A stretch of DNA of 64,000 nt from Nitrososphaeraceae archaeon (GTDB lineage Archaea; Thermoproteota; Nitrososphaeria; Nitrososphaerales; Nitrososphaeraceae). Below the pieces are notes generated by a model that was given only the letters and a program-made list of their open reading frames with translations, was not told where the DNA came from and did no database searches. The position numbers were made by a program, and so were the translations under genes. Shown here in pieces: positions 19,188 through 32,273 of this stretch (position 1 is the stretch's first letter; the number at the start of each line of letters is the position of its first letter). Location of the stretch: positions 2,960 to 66,959 of the forward strand of contig DATIFZ010000067.1 of the NCBI GenBank assembly GCA_035454925.1, read 5' to 3'.

Positions 19188-20071
19188 TGAAATATCGCAT
19201 CTACCATGAATGCAACAAATAGTGCCGTCAGATAGGGACTGGATATTTTGAAAAGTAACCACGAAGCCTTCTCACTTGGTTTCATCAGTAGCCACAGTGA
19301 GGTGACTATCATTATAATTCCTCCTGCAATGGCAGTAATAAAGTAAATCAACCCAAACTGATTCAAGAAGAAAGGTATTATGCTAAATACCACCATTAAG
19401 AGAGTCGTACCGGCTATCACTTGAACAGATCTTTTTTCGCCGGCAACTACAGGCAACATGGGAACACCAGCTTTTGTATAATCTTTCCTTACATGCAGTG
19501 CCAAGCTCCAAATATGCGTTGGTATCCATAGGAGAACTAAGCCTGCCATTGCCAATCCAATTTCTAGGTGTTCTGTCGTGACCGCTACATATCCTATTAA
19601 AGCTGGAACACCACCAGAGAATCCTCCAAGGATAATGTTGGTCTGACTCTTTCTTTTTAGCCATTTACTGTATACTATAATATTATCGAAAAGACCGAAC
19701 GCCATGAGTCCCAAAGTTATGTAATTTATCGACCAGGCACAAAATAACGATATAGCGGCCAAGAGCAAACCAAAAATAAGCGCATTCCTGGGTGAAATTC
19801 TTCCAGATGGGATAGGACGAGCCTTAGTTCTATCCATGATGGCATCTATATCACGATCATTATACCCTGTTAAGGCATCTGCAGCTGCCGATCCAGTAAC
19901 TATGCCGACAAGTAGAAAGACCCACTGAAGAGGTGACAGAAAAGTGTCTGTCGAATACGAAGCAGTAATGGCTGAACCAAAAGCAGTAAAAACTAAGAGA
20001 TACCAAATTTTCGGCTTTGTAAGTTCATAATAATTCTTTAACCGATCGGTTACAGTAACTTGTGGAATCAA
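19184..20071 (-). CDS. ctaB: protoheme IX farnesyltransferase (heme O synthase)
   Basis: UbiA-family: YYELTKPKI, GYNDRDIDAIMDRTKARPIPSGRIS, about 8 TM helices. Confidence 0.9.
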   Translation of the reverse strand: MIPQVTVTDRLKNYYELTKPKIWYLLVFTAFGSAITASYSTDTFLSPLQWVFLLVGIVTGSAAADALTGYNDRDIDAIMDRTKARPIPSGRISPRNALIFGLLLAAISLFCAWSINYITLGLMAFGLFDNIIVYSKWLKRKSQTNIILGGFSGGVPALIGYVAVTTEHLEIGLAMAGLVLLWIPTHIWSLALHVRKDYTKAGVPMLPVVAGEKRSVQVIAGTTLLMVVFSIIPFFLNQFGLIYFITAIAGGIIMIVTSLWLLMKPSEKASWLLFKISSPYLTALFVAFMVDAIFH

Positions 20072-20381
20072 TAGTATGTACCTCGAGACTTATGGTTAGA
20101 GGCAATATGAATGCTCATTTATTTAAACATGAATTAGTTTGGAAATATTCAGTTGTGCCTTTTTCCTACTAAGGAAGAAAATAAAATACTATATCACAAA
20201 TACCTCATACATATCTTGTGCCATTCAAATTTCCTGCTACGAAAAAATTCGAGTTATGGACTTGGAGTTTTCAATTATGACAAGCTAAACTGCCATCATA
20301 TATTATATTCATAATTGTAACTAAATTCATTTTTTTAAAACTATAAAAGAGGCATGATAAAATCTATGGTATTATATTAAG

Positions 20382-22106
<1,725 letters not shown>

Positions 22107-22222
22107 GTATAACTCTATCTTCATTTCAAATTTTTAAAAATCAGTTTAAGGAATATTTATCTTCTTTTTTTGAGTATTGACACATTTTAAATAAAGACCT
22201 GTGCATATACTCATTTTAGTAA

Positions 22223-23263
22223 ATGTTCGAAAAATTAGAACAGCTCAACTTCGATCAAAAAGTAGTTGTACTTCCAGATTTTTTCTTGGATAGGATCATT
22301 AAGATAAATTCCAAAGATGAGCTTTTTAGAATGATTAATAGCAAGACAACAATCGGAGGAGGAAGTATAAGGGGAGTGGATACTTTTGATATTAAAGGGG
22401 GGAATGCTGTTAATGTCGCATACTGTTTGGCTAAATTGGGCTTATCTGTCAACCTATTTACCATTGCAGACGATATTGGCAAATCAGTACTCCATGCGGT
22501 ATTCTCGAAGTTTGGACAAAGCGTTGATTTGAAAATAAAAAATGGTAAACATGGGTCTACTACGTCGTTTGAGTTTCATGACGATGAAAAATCATTTGCC
22601 AATGTAATGATAAGTGATGTTGGTGATAATAAGAATTTTGGTCCTCATCTGATTAGTCAGCCGTCCGATCTGGAGATAATAAATTCTGCAAAAGCCATTG
22701 TCCTGACTAATTGGGGGAGTAACCTTAAAGGGACCGATTTAGCTCAGCACATTTTCAGTAATTCACCCAAGGCTTTTCATTTCTTGGATCCAGCTGATAT
22801 AGAAACCAGAAAAGAAGAATTTAGAGACTTGCTAAAGAAGCTTAATCAAGTGATAGACGTGTTAAGTATAAACGAAAATGAATGTACTTCTCTTCTAAAA
22901 GTATGTAATCTTGATTCTAGAGCGTCTATAGGACAGTCTGATGCCGAAAGTGTAAAAAAATGTGCAAAATTATTGTCTTCTGAGTTTGACCTAATGATCG
23001 ATCTTCATACGAGGATCGGGTCTGCATGGTCTGATGGCAAGGAAGTAATATTTGCAGAATCGTTTCACATAAATCCCAAGAAACTGACGGGGTCTGGCGA
23101 TTGTTGGGATGCCGCAGATCTCGCCGGGTATTTTGCAGGTCTTGAACCATGGGAAAGATTAACATTTTCAAACGCATACGCCTCATTGTACATTGGAAGA
23201 AGTGAATTTGAACCACCTACGATGGTAGAAACAATGGAATTCATTAGAACAAAGAGTCGGTAG
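22223..23263 (+). CDS. PfkB-family carbohydrate/nucleoside kinase
   Basis: Ribokinase-like layout: GGNAVNVA near the N-terminus and TGSGDCWDAADLAGY near the C-terminus. Confidence 0.7.
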   Translation: MFEKLEQLNFDQKVVVLPDFFLDRIIKINSKDELFRMINSKTTIGGGSIRGVDTFDIKGGNAVNVAYCLAKLGLSVNLFTIADDIGKSVLHAVFSKFGQSVDLKIKNGKHGSTTSFEFHDDEKSFANVMISDVGDNKNFGPHLISQPSDLEIINSAKAIVLTNWGSNLKGTDLAQHIFSNSPKAFHFLDPADIETRKEEFRDLLKKLNQVIDVLSINENECTSLLKVCNLDSRASIGQSDAESVKKCAKLLSSEFDLMIDLHTRIGSAWSDGKEVIFAESFHINPKKLTGSGDCWDAADLAGYFAGLEPWERLTFSNAYASLYIGRSEFEPPTMVETMEFIRTKSR

Positions 23264-23264
23264 G

Positions 23265-24797
23265 TTATTGCGGTTCAATAGTGGCTGGTGGTTTACTTGA
23301 TACCGAGTACGCCACCCAAGTTACTCCATTAACTTCATTAGTTATTTTGTTACTAATTTTAGATATCAAATCATAAGGTATTCTTACCCAATCTGCTGTC
23401 ATAGCATCTAAAGATTCTACAATCCTTATTGTAACCATATGACCATATACTCTTTCATCGCCGAGGACACCTACTGCCAAGTCGTCCCCAACTGCAGCAT
23501 ATGCTTGCCACACCTTATCATACCAACCAGAAATTAGTAATTCATTTTCTACAATACTGCTAGCATGTCTAGCAATCCTAAGTTTGTCATCTGTCACTTC
23601 ACCAATAATTCTCACCGCCAATCCTGGGCCTGGAAAAGGGTGCCTTTTCAAAAATTGATTTGGGATATTTAACAGAGCAGCAATTTGTCTTACTTCATCC
23701 TTGTACAAACTCCTAAATGGTTCTAATACCTTCAAATCAAGCCATTCAGGTAATCCACCAACGTTATGATGCGTCTTAATAACTGCGGCAGGACCCTTTG
23801 AGAAACCACTTTCAATTACATCAGGATAAAGGGTGCCCTGTGCGAGCCACTGAAATGGTCCATGTTCTTTTGTTACCTCCAAAAAGACTTGAGCAAATTC
23901 CTCTCCAATAATTTTTCTCTTTTGTTCCGGTTCACTTATTCCTTTTAACTTTGACAAAAATCGGTCCTCGGCATTAATAGTAATAGTGGTAATACCTAGA
24001 TGTTTGCTTATTAATTCAGGAACTAATGTTTCTTCATTTAATCTTAACAACCCATTATTCACAAAAACACAAGTCAAATTCTTACTTATCGAACTGTTTA
24101 GCAGAACAGCCAAAGTAGTCGAATCAATCCCGCCGCTGATGGCGCATAATACTTTTTCATCGCGGACTTTGCTTCTAATATCCTTTATGGAAAATTCAAT
24201 AAAGCTTTGCATTGTCCACTCTGGTTTTGCATTACTTATTATCTGTGAAAAATTTGTTAGAATTCGATTTCCTTCTTCTGTATGTGATACCTCTGGATGG
24301 AACTGAATTCCATAAAATTTTCTATCTCGATTGGCTATCGCGGCAGAAAGGGAGTTATTAGTATGAGCCAAGATCTCAAAATCTGTTGGGACTTTTTCGG
24401 CCGCATCAGCGTGGCTCATCCAACATTTTATTTTCTTATTAATACCTTTAAACAAGTCTGAATTATCATCAACGACCAAGTCAGCATATCCATATTCCTT
24501 GTTGTCAAATCGTTTTATTTTTCCATCAAATTTATCGACAATGAGTTGGTGACCGTAGCAGATTCCCAAAACAGGAATTCCCATTTCAAAAATCTTTTTG
24601 TCTGGTTTTGGAGAATCTTTCAGATATACACTGGAAGGACCACCAGATAGTACAATTCCTTTTGGCTCCAACTTTTCAATCAAGCTGATAGGTGAATTAT
24701 ATGGTAAAAGTTCGCAGTATACATTTGCTTCTCGAATACGTCTGCAAATTAGGTGGCTGTATTGAGATCCAAAATCAAGTACGATAATCTTATCCAT
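23265..24797 (-). CDS. guaA: GMP synthase (glutamine-hydrolysing), fused GATase + ATP-PPase
   Basis: IIVLDFGSQY, GICYGHQL, FHPE, SGGIDST PP-loop, C-terminal ATIEPQ. Confidence 0.95.
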   Translation of the reverse strand: MDKIIVLDFGSQYSHLICRRIREANVYCELLPYNSPISLIEKLEPKGIVLSGGPSSVYLKDSPKPDKKIFEMGIPVLGICYGHQLIVDKFDGKIKRFDNKEYGYADLVVDDNSDLFKGINKKIKCWMSHADAAEKVPTDFEILAHTNNSLSAAIANRDRKFYGIQFHPEVSHTEEGNRILTNFSQIISNAKPEWTMQSFIEFSIKDIRSKVRDEKVLCAISGGIDSTTLAVLLNSSISKNLTCVFVNNGLLRLNEETLVPELISKHLGITTITINAEDRFLSKLKGISEPEQKRKIIGEEFAQVFLEVTKEHGPFQWLAQGTLYPDVIESGFSKGPAAVIKTHHNVGGLPEWLDLKVLEPFRSLYKDEVRQIAALLNIPNQFLKRHPFPGPGLAVRIIGEVTDDKLRIARHASSIVENELLISGWYDKVWQAYAAVGDDLAVGVLGDERVYGHMVTIRIVESLDAMTADWVRIPYDLISKISNKITNEVNGVTWVAYSVSSKPPATIEPQ

Positions 24798-24804
24798 AAC
24801 CGCT

Positions 24805-25536
24805 TTAATTTCCCTTTTCTAACATTCTTGAAAATACCCAAGTTGCTGTATTAAAAATTTCATTAAGCCGTTCTTTTTCTCTATAGTTTGTAATTATAAC
24901 GCTGCTGAGATTTCCATCTTGATCGCTATCTACTTTGTAATCGATGACTTCGGATGCATTGATTTCCCCTTTTTGGTTCTTTTCTTTATCTTTCGTCCTC
25001 ATACCTTCCAAGATGCGGTTTAGGAAGAATGACTTGAAAGGCGGTGTATTAATATTTAGATTGATATCATCTACCAATGGTATTCTTACATATGTCGAAG
25101 TGTATTCAGCATTAGATATGAGAAAGTTATCTTTTGCACGTTTTAAGGCTCTAGTTTCTATAGTCTGATTGCTAACATCATGAACATCATGAACATCATA
25201 GTCTACATCTGTTGATTTGGTCGTTGACTCTATACCAGATTTGCTTCTTGGGATCTCTTCTTTATGACTTGATTCGTACTCTGTTTTAATTTCATCCTTC
25301 AAATTAGTACCAGAAGATTCAAGACGTGATGCGGTTATGAAGCTAGTTCTTTTTAGCAAAGAATCGACGATCGAAAGCGTATCACGAAGCTTATCGAGTT
25401 CCTCTTTCTTGTTGGTAACCTCTTTAATCAACCATTCTCGCACTTCTGCAGCACGACGAATATCCTCTTCTGAAAAACCGGACATGACAGGATTCAATGT
25501 ATCAAAAACATATAATAGTTTTTCACATATTTGCAA
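24805..25536 (-). CDS. hypothetical protein (N-terminal coiled coil)
   Basis: 243-aa ORF. No motif. The start may be the internal MSGF. Confidence 0.4.
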   Translation of the reverse strand: MQICEKLLYVFDTLNPVMSGFSEEDIRRAAEVREWLIKEVTNKKEELDKLRDTLSIVDSLLKRTSFITASRLESSGTNLKDEIKTEYESSHKEEIPRSKSGIESTTKSTDVDYDVHDVHDVSNQTIETRALKRAKDNFLISNAEYTSTYVRIPLVDDINLNINTPPFKSFFLNRILEGMRTKDKEKNQKGEINASEVIDYKVDSDQDGNLSSVIITNYREKERLNEIFNTATWVFSRMLEKGN

Positions 25537-25589
25537 GTGACTAGTATGTTTAAGTTGTCAAGCTAATTGCGAAAATCTAATTGAAGCTC

Positions 25590-26312
25590 TCATGGTTCAG
25601 ACTTTATACCTTTAATTCTTGTATTTGACTTGTTGATCAATTTGGATTTAGATTGCTTCCCTAACATTTCAAGCAATCTTTTCGCGGCCATTAACTTCTT
25701 TCTTTTAATGTCTATCTCGCTATCTTGATCGCTTGCCGCAAATTTTCTTGGCTTATTATCGAGATCCATACCTACCAAAGTAATACTCTTTGCCTTCATT
25801 TCTTCAGCAAGAAACACACCCCTGTCACCGTCAGTAAACCCCCCAAAATTATACACATTCTCTGTTGGCATAACCTGAGTTGTACCTATTACTTTTCTAA
25901 ATTTAGGAACATTTTTTTGTAAATTTTCCATGTTATCTCCATGTGCGTGGATAACCATTATCGCTCCCATTTTTTCTGCCATTCTTAGGTACTTTGGATT
26001 TCCATCAAGATCCGATACTACTATATCCGGCTTTATCTTATTATTCAATAAAATCTCTACTACACCATCTGCGGCAATCTTTATGTATTTTTTATTCTTC
26101 TTGATAAACTCAATGTTTTTTTCCAGGCTAGGACCTGCTCCAATTACAAGCACATGCTTTCCTTGAATCTTTTTTTGGATTTTAGGCACCAGTAACGCCT
26201 TGTCCTTTATCATATTGCTTAGCATTTCAGCCGCTTTTTGATCTTTTTCGGTGCTATATCCAAACTCGGTTCTAATTTGCTGATAGAAAGGAAACCATTC
26301 TATGAACTTCAC
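25590..26312 (-). CDS. mptE: 6-hydroxymethyl-7,8-dihydropterin pyrophosphokinase, archaeal MptE type (DUF115)
   Basis: VLVIGAGPSL...ADG...VVSDLDG...HAHGDN motif series. Confidence 0.75.
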   Translation of the reverse strand: MKFIEWFPFYQQIRTEFGYSTEKDQKAAEMLSNMIKDKALLVPKIQKKIQGKHVLVIGAGPSLEKNIEFIKKNKKYIKIAADGVVEILLNNKIKPDIVVSDLDGNPKYLRMAEKMGAIMVIHAHGDNMENLQKNVPKFRKVIGTTQVMPTENVYNFGGFTDGDRGVFLAEEMKAKSITLVGMDLDNKPRKFAASDQDSEIDIKRKKLMAAKRLLEMLGKQSKSKLINKSNTRIKGIKSEP

Positions 26313-26541
26313 ATTAAGAAATAAAAGAAGGTTATTAATAGATTGTTTGATCGGCCAAAAAAGAGTCTAAAAATTGGACTAGTTCAAAGATTTTTTCCTT
26401 AAATAACTACTAACTGAATCTAATCTAAATATTATTACTATTTTAATTGCGCGAAAAGAAACTAGAACTATTTCCAGTTAAAAGAATTGATGAGAAATGT
26501 CTATATTGCATATATTTATGGCTATGGGATAATTCATTGAG

Positions 26542-26913
26542 ATGTTTGTTGATTTTAGCTCTCTAGCTACCTCAATAGGAATCGGGGGCTTAGCTACCTC
26601 TGTAGGGATAGGGGGATTTTTGGGCTTCTTGATGGGATATGCCGTTAAGAAAATATTAAAAATAATTATCATAGTTTCCGGATTATTGGTAGGCCTCTTG
26701 TACTATCTTCAATACAATGGGCTAATTGCACTAAATTGGCCAAAGGTGCAAGAAACCTTCGGATCCGCAATGACTAATTTTAACGGGTTTAGTCTGAATA
26801 CACCATTCTTTCCAGGTATCAGCGACCAGATTTTTGACGCAATCTCAAATTCTGGTATCCCGCTCACTGGAGGTTTTGCGGCTGGATTTGCATTCGGCTT
26901 CAGCAAAGGCTAG
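26542..26913 (+). CDS. FUN14-like small membrane protein
   Basis: Gly-rich TM segments and GFLMGYAVKKILK pattern. Confidence 0.45.
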   Translation: MFVDFSSLATSIGIGGLATSVGIGGFLGFLMGYAVKKILKIIIIVSGLLVGLLYYLQYNGLIALNWPKVQETFGSAMTNFNGFSLNTPFFPGISDQIFDAISNSGIPLTGGFAAGFAFGFSKG

Positions 26914-26994
26914 AATATAGATACAAAAACACTTCTCGATGAGCTTTTAATATTCGTGTAACAATTATAACTACTTCAATGTCATATCTTTGAT

Positions 26995-27588
26995 ATGAAA
27001 AACAAGACATCTGGAATGGTCTTTCCGGGTGAATACATAGCAGAGATTGAAGAATTCCAAGGTGGAAATAATACTTTCACACTTGATGGAACTATTAGAT
27101 CAAGTGCCATGGGTAAAAAAGAATATGATTTTAAAAGAAGGGCAATTAAGATAGCTGCGGTAAATTCTTTACAAATACCCAAGATAGGAGATGTTGTTAT
27201 AGGATACGTGGAAATGTTATTTGGATCGATGATTTCAGTAAAGTTACTTTCCATAAATAACAAGTTATACAAGTCAGGTTTATCTGCCATTGCATCGGCG
27301 AGAACTGGAAATAATAAAGGATGGAATCGAGATCGATACAATAGAAAACCAAAATCGATATATAGATATGGTGATATTATCCGCGGTCAAATTACCAGTC
27401 TCATGAATTCCTCGATTCATCTTGCTGTAGATGGAACTAATTTTGGTTTATTGTACTCTTTATGTCTGAATTGTGGTGGGGACACGGTCAAAATTAACAA
27501 TGGCATAAAATGCATAGAATGTAGCACATATGAAGAGAAGAGGGTAGCAAGTGATTATGGAACTAGCTCTATCAAACCAGTACACTAA
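26995..27588 (+). CDS. csl4: exosome complex RNA-binding protein Csl4
   Basis: N-terminal domain, S1-like core (GDVVIGYV..., GDIIRGQI) and C-terminal zinc ribbon CLNCG...CIEC. Confidence 0.8.
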   Translation: MKNKTSGMVFPGEYIAEIEEFQGGNNTFTLDGTIRSSAMGKKEYDFKRRAIKIAAVNSLQIPKIGDVVIGYVEMLFGSMISVKLLSINNKLYKSGLSAIASARTGNNKGWNRDRYNRKPKSIYRYGDIIRGQITSLMNSSIHLAVDGTNFGLLYSLCLNCGGDTVKINNGIKCIECSTYEEKRVASDYGTSSIKPVH

Positions 27589-27677
27589 TTTTTATGGCAA
27601 ATAAACATGTCTAGCGGTTCAAATTAATCAAGTTAACTTTAGATAAAATTTTTAATACCTTTTATGTATCCTAATGG

Positions 27678-28751
27678 GTGAACGGCGCACATTCATTTAC
27701 AGGGAAAAAGATTGACCCTCCAATTATTTCTAAAAATATGACAATATCGCAGTTGGTTCATTTTTTCGGATCAACAGGGTATAATGCGAGGCGACTTTTT
27801 GAAGCAGCAAATATAATGAAAGAAATGATTGATAATAAGTGTACAACTTGCTTGACGCTTGCAGGTGCATTAACACCAATAGGAATGGGGAATACGATCA
27901 AAACTCTTATCGAGAATGGTTTTGTAGATTGGATAGTAACAACTGGCGCCAATGTCTACCATGATCTTCATTTTGCCTATGGTCTACCCGTGAGGCAAGG
28001 CCATTTTCAAGTTGATGATGATCTGCTTTACGCAAAGCAAATCGTACGTATTTATGATGTATATATAAAGGAAATAGGAACTCTACAGGCACAGGATATT
28101 ATCATTCAGAGAGAAATTAAGAATCTTGAAAGCAACAATAATTCTGAATGGTACTCTACGGCTGATATGTCTTACGAGCTTGGCAAGGCAGCGTATGAAA
28201 ATTCAAAATATCCAAATAAATCATTCCTTGTTTCGGCATATAAAAATGACATACCCGTTTTCATTCCAGCAATCAGTGATTCTTCTATTGGACTCAATAT
28301 GCTACCTTTGATATTTGAAGACGTCAAAACCTTTCCAAACGTTATGTTGGATATAGCTGAATCAACAGCGATACTGTGGAAAAGTAAAGCTTCAGGGGGT
28401 ATTGAATTGGGCGGTGGAGTTCCAAAGAATTTTTTCCAACAAACAGGACCAGCCTTGTACCAAATATTAAAACTAAAAGACGGAGGGCACGACTATGTAA
28501 TACAAATAACCGATGCCCGGCCTGACACAGGAGGCTTATCTGGAGCAACAATACAAGAAGGAAAAAGTTGGGGAAAAATAAAGACCTCTCACAAAAACAA
28601 TGTAATAGTTTATGGAGACTCTTCAATTTGCTTTCCTATTATTTCGTCTTACGTTTTATCTGAATGCAAGAAACGTCCCGGTAAGAGATTATACTCAAAG
28701 AAAAATAAATGGGTGGAGGAAATGAAAAGAGAGTACCTGAAAAATAAATAA
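27678..28751 (+). CDS. dys: deoxyhypusine synthase
   Basis: GYNARRL, TLAGALTPIGMG, WIVTTGANVYHDL, QITDARPDTGGLSGAT, EGKSWGKI. GTG start. Confidence 0.9.
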   Translation: MNGAHSFTGKKIDPPIISKNMTISQLVHFFGSTGYNARRLFEAANIMKEMIDNKCTTCLTLAGALTPIGMGNTIKTLIENGFVDWIVTTGANVYHDLHFAYGLPVRQGHFQVDDDLLYAKQIVRIYDVYIKEIGTLQAQDIIIQREIKNLESNNNSEWYSTADMSYELGKAAYENSKYPNKSFLVSAYKNDIPVFIPAISDSSIGLNMLPLIFEDVKTFPNVMLDIAESTAILWKSKASGGIELGGGVPKNFFQQTGPALYQILKLKDGGHDYVIQITDARPDTGGLSGATIQEGKSWGKIKTSHKNNVIVYGDSSICFPIISSYVLSECKKRPGKRLYSKKNKWVEEMKREYLKNK

Positions 28752-29072
28752 AAATCATCAAAAAATAAACTAAATACTAATTACAAAACAAAACTATCAT
28801 ATTCATTCAACATAGAAGGATGGCATTTTTAATCAGTCGAGGTGTTCAAATAACACCAATTACTGAATATTGTAAGCCTTCACCGTTATGCCTATGTTGA
28901 AAACCATTACGGTATGTTTTATTTCATTATTATCATATATAACTATATTCAAAATTAACTATATTGATATATACACATTCGGTAGTCTTTTAGATTTGTA
29001 ATTGGCGTCAGCAAGTATATTAAAAATTAGAAAAACATAAAGACAAGTCGCAGTTTAAGGAAGAAAAGACTA

Positions 29073-30878
29073 ATGCTAAATTACTCAGATATCAAGTTAG
29101 GAAAATGGGATCTTTCAGACTTAGTCGATGGGAGTCCAAGAAAAGAATTTGCAGAATTAGTTGATAATATTAAAAGGAACGTCAAGGAATTTGAAGAGAG
29201 TAGACAACTCTTAAAACCCGATCTCAACACTTCGACGTTCGAATCATTAATTCACAAGATTGAGAATATTTTGGAAAAACTTAGTACAGTAAGTAGTTTT
29301 GCTAATCTTAGGTACGCTGCCGATACTGCATCTAACGAAGCGGCAGCTCTTATTCTTCAAACAGAACAATTAGGTTCTCAGATTAGTAACCAGATTTTGT
29401 TTTTTGATTTATGGTTTAAAAAGATACTTGGTAATGATAACGCACAGAGATTAATTGATGGTATTTCTGCTGTTTATGGGGAATATTTAAGGCACAAAAG
29501 GTTAGTCGCAAAGTATTCATTAAATGAATCAGAAGAGAAGATTATCAACACTCTCGAAGTAACAGGTCCAAGTGCGCTTGTAAAAATATATGATAGAATG
29601 ACTAATAATTTTGAATATACCTTTATCAAGAAACGAGGAAATAAGAAGACTATTAAGACTTTTACCAACAAGGAAAAATTACTTTCATTAGTAAGGAGCT
29701 CAAATGCGAATGAGAGGGAATATGCCTACAAGGCATTATTCAAAACATATGAAAAAAATAGCGGGGTGCTAGGAGACATTTACCAAAACTTAGTTACTCA
29801 GTGGAGAGATGAAAATATTTCCATTAGAGGGTTCAAATCTCCAATATCAGTTAGGAATATTTATAATAATATAGATGATTCTACGGTAGAGACACTTTTA
29901 TCAGTTTGTAAAAAAAATGTAACTTTGTTTCATGATTACTTCATAGAAAAAGCAAAACTAATTGGCGTTAAGAAATTACGACGTTACGATCTATATGCAC
30001 CAATTGCAACGAATAATGCTCTCAAATTTAGTTTTAAGAATTCCGCTAAATTGGTTTTGGATACTTTTTACAAGTTTGATCCAAGATTTGGTACCTATAC
30101 TGAGCGCTTATTTAAGGAAGGGCATATTGATTCTGAAATTAGGAAAGGAAAAACGAGTGGCGCTTTTTGTTATACAGTTTCTCCTCAGAGGACTCCTTAC
30201 GTACTCTTGAATTTTGATGGAAAGATGAGAGATGTTTCAACAATGGCACATGAATTTGGCCATGCAATACATAGTATGTTCGCATCAGATAAACCCATTT
30301 TGGTATCACATGCTCCACTTCCATTGGCCGAAACTGCTTCTGTTTTTGGAGAGATGCTTCTTAATGAACAAATTTACAAGAAACTAAACAGAAAAAAGAA
30401 AAAGATCTTCTTGGCTGAACAAATTGATGATATGTATGCGACTATTATGAGACAGGCATTTTTTACAATTTTTGAAATTGAAGCTCACAAATACATAGCA
30501 GAACAGAGCGTTACTATTGATAATATCTCGGACTTGTATATGAATAATCTGAAAACCCAATTTGGAAATTCATTAGGTATTTCGGATGATTTCAAATGGG
30601 AATGGCTTTATATCCCTCATTTTTTCCACACTCCGTTTTATTGTTATGCTTATTCCTTTGGGAATTTACTTGTACTTTCACTTTACCAGCAATATATGGA
30701 AGAGGGTAAATCCTTTGTTTCAAAATATTGCGAGATATTGTCTGCAGGAGGATCTGAAAAACCAGAAATTCTGCTCGGGGATGCTGGATTTAATATCACT
30801 GAGGAATCTTTCTGGCAACAAGGTTTTGATCTTGTAAAGACGAAAATTGATAAATTAAGAGTAGATGATGATTTATGA
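29073..30878 (+). CDS. pepF: oligoendopeptidase F (M3B metallopeptidase)
   Basis: HEFGHAIH zinc motif plus downstream E (LAETASVFGE). About 600 aa. Confidence 0.9.
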   Translation: MLNYSDIKLGKWDLSDLVDGSPRKEFAELVDNIKRNVKEFEESRQLLKPDLNTSTFESLIHKIENILEKLSTVSSFANLRYAADTASNEAAALILQTEQLGSQISNQILFFDLWFKKILGNDNAQRLIDGISAVYGEYLRHKRLVAKYSLNESEEKIINTLEVTGPSALVKIYDRMTNNFEYTFIKKRGNKKTIKTFTNKEKLLSLVRSSNANEREYAYKALFKTYEKNSGVLGDIYQNLVTQWRDENISIRGFKSPISVRNIYNNIDDSTVETLLSVCKKNVTLFHDYFIEKAKLIGVKKLRRYDLYAPIATNNALKFSFKNSAKLVLDTFYKFDPRFGTYTERLFKEGHIDSEIRKGKTSGAFCYTVSPQRTPYVLLNFDGKMRDVSTMAHEFGHAIHSMFASDKPILVSHAPLPLAETASVFGEMLLNEQIYKKLNRKKKKIFLAEQIDDMYATIMRQAFFTIFEIEAHKYIAEQSVTIDNISDLYMNNLKTQFGNSLGISDDFKWEWLYIPHFFHTPFYCYAYSFGNLLVLSLYQQYMEEGKSFVSKYCEILSAGGSEKPEILLGDAGFNITEESFWQQGFDLVKTKIDKLRVDDDL

Positions 30879-31041
30879 AATGGTAATTTTTTCAAGATTT
30901 TGTCTGTGCTGAATTCTTGAAGTATACGAAAGGAAGATACATCAGGATTTGACTATACCTACTATTCAAATTTTTTCTATAAATGACTAACTTTATCAAG
31001 TATATACTATATTTTTATGTTGTGTAATAGTCGGGCGAGGT

Positions 31042-31455
31042 GTGAACGAACTTTCATTATTCCTAGAGAAATGCAAAAGTCAAGAAACAAAACACGTCTA
31101 TTCATGTTACCTCAAAAAATACTTTGAATTTGCGGGTGAATTACCATTTGATAAAAAAGTAGCTGAGGACAAGATAATTGAATTCATCATTAATTTAAAA
31201 AAAGAAGGCAAATCATTTTCGGCAATTAGTAATTATCTCGCGCCTGTAAAGTCGTTTTATGCCATAAATGATGTTCCATTAAATATCAAAAAGATAGACA
31301 AATTCATTCCTGAGCGCAGAAAAGTAAAAAACGAATGGGCTACACACATCAAGAAATTTCTTATGTGATCATGCATCAATGGAATGCGGATAGAAAACCT
31401 TGGAAATTAGATTATGGTAACAACCATCGCAAACGAAAATATCTAGAAATGGATT
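31042..31455 (+). pseudogene. tyrosine recombinase/integrase remnant (N-terminal SAM-like domain only, frameshifted and truncated)
   Basis: KIIEFIINLKKEGKSFSAISNYLAPVKSFYAINDVPLNIKKIDKFIP is a typical integrase N-domain. After a frameshift near 31330 the next frame reads GYTHQEI (the usual aYTxeEI start of the catalytic domain) and then dies. No R-H-R-Y catalytic domain is present. Confidence 0.6.
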
Positions 31456-31673
31456 AGTTGAATCGACATGTCTATTACAGGCATCACATTTCATTTGATG
31501 CAATAACGTCGTGGTTGTCAGATAAAAACATTTTTCAAATATCATCGTAACTATTTTTACGTACTAATCTTCTATACGATTACTGAACCGATTTCAAACT
31601 ACCAGGATCTGATGAATAATTGGTTTCAATAACCGGAAATTACTCATGTCACTTTTATTCTTCAACATCTTTT

Positions 31674-31861
31674 TTACCTTCGAAAGCCAGAAGTATTTGC
31701 TGGAACCGTTTTTTTTATCAAACCGATTTTGTCAAGGTCATTGACGATGTCATCAGTCTGACTATTAGATACACCAACCTCTTCTTCCACTTTGTATTTT
31801 TCAATGATTTTGAACTCTCCGTCAGATTATTTGTACAACTTCCTCAGAAGTTGGTCAGACA
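31674..31861 (-). pseudogene. small wHTH-like gene interrupted by an in-frame TAA
   Basis: The minus strand reads MSDQLLRKLYK*SDGEFKIIEKYKVEEEVGVSNSQTDDIVNDLDKIGLIKK.... The TAA is at 31826-31828. Confidence 0.3.
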
Positions 31862-32010
31862 TAGTTTGTATTTTAGAAAAGAAGGTTATAAGGATATATT
31901 TAATAAAGTAACATCTGAGAGAATATCCGTATTTGAATATTTAATATGGTAACTGCACGACGTTTAAGAAATTTTTGCATCTGGAATACATTTAGTTACG
32001 TTTGAGGCGA

Positions 32011-32250
32011 TTATCCATCATCAGATTTTCTATTCTCTCCACCATTTTCTGTAGTTGTATGTCCTGCACACCAGTAGAAGTCAAAGTTATTGTGACAATT
32101 ATCGCATCTAATTTGATCTCTGATATTATGATCCTTCTGGCCTTCGTTATCATTACAAGGTTGGTAGACGACTTCTTTGTATTTTTCATCTGGGCATGTT
32201 GCCATGTTAGAAAAGTTGCATTGAGGACAGGCGATCGGAAAATTACTCAA
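32011..32250 (-). CDS. small cysteine-rich (double zinc-ribbon-like) protein
   Basis: CPQC...C...C and CDNC...C..H spacing. An alternative frame (31992-32189) is less structured. Confidence 0.4.
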   Translation of the reverse strand: MSNFPIACPQCNFSNMATCPDEKYKEVVYQPCNDNEGQKDHNIRDQIRCDNCHNNFDFYWCAGHTTTENGGENRKSDDG

Positions 32251-32273
32251 TGTTCATTCCTCTATTCTTAGGA

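Noticed and set aside
19383-19664. 93-aa ORF in another frame of the same strand within ctaB
   Set aside because: The UbiA-family frame explains the region fully. The alternate frame has no motif.
30983-30996. Possible att direct repeat ATGaCTAACTTTAT (30983-30996) versus ATGgCTAACTTTAT (37751-37764) flanking the island
   Set aside because: A 13/14 match in AT-rich DNA, over the number of comparisons made, is about what chance predicts. It is not adjacent to a tRNA or to clear element ends.
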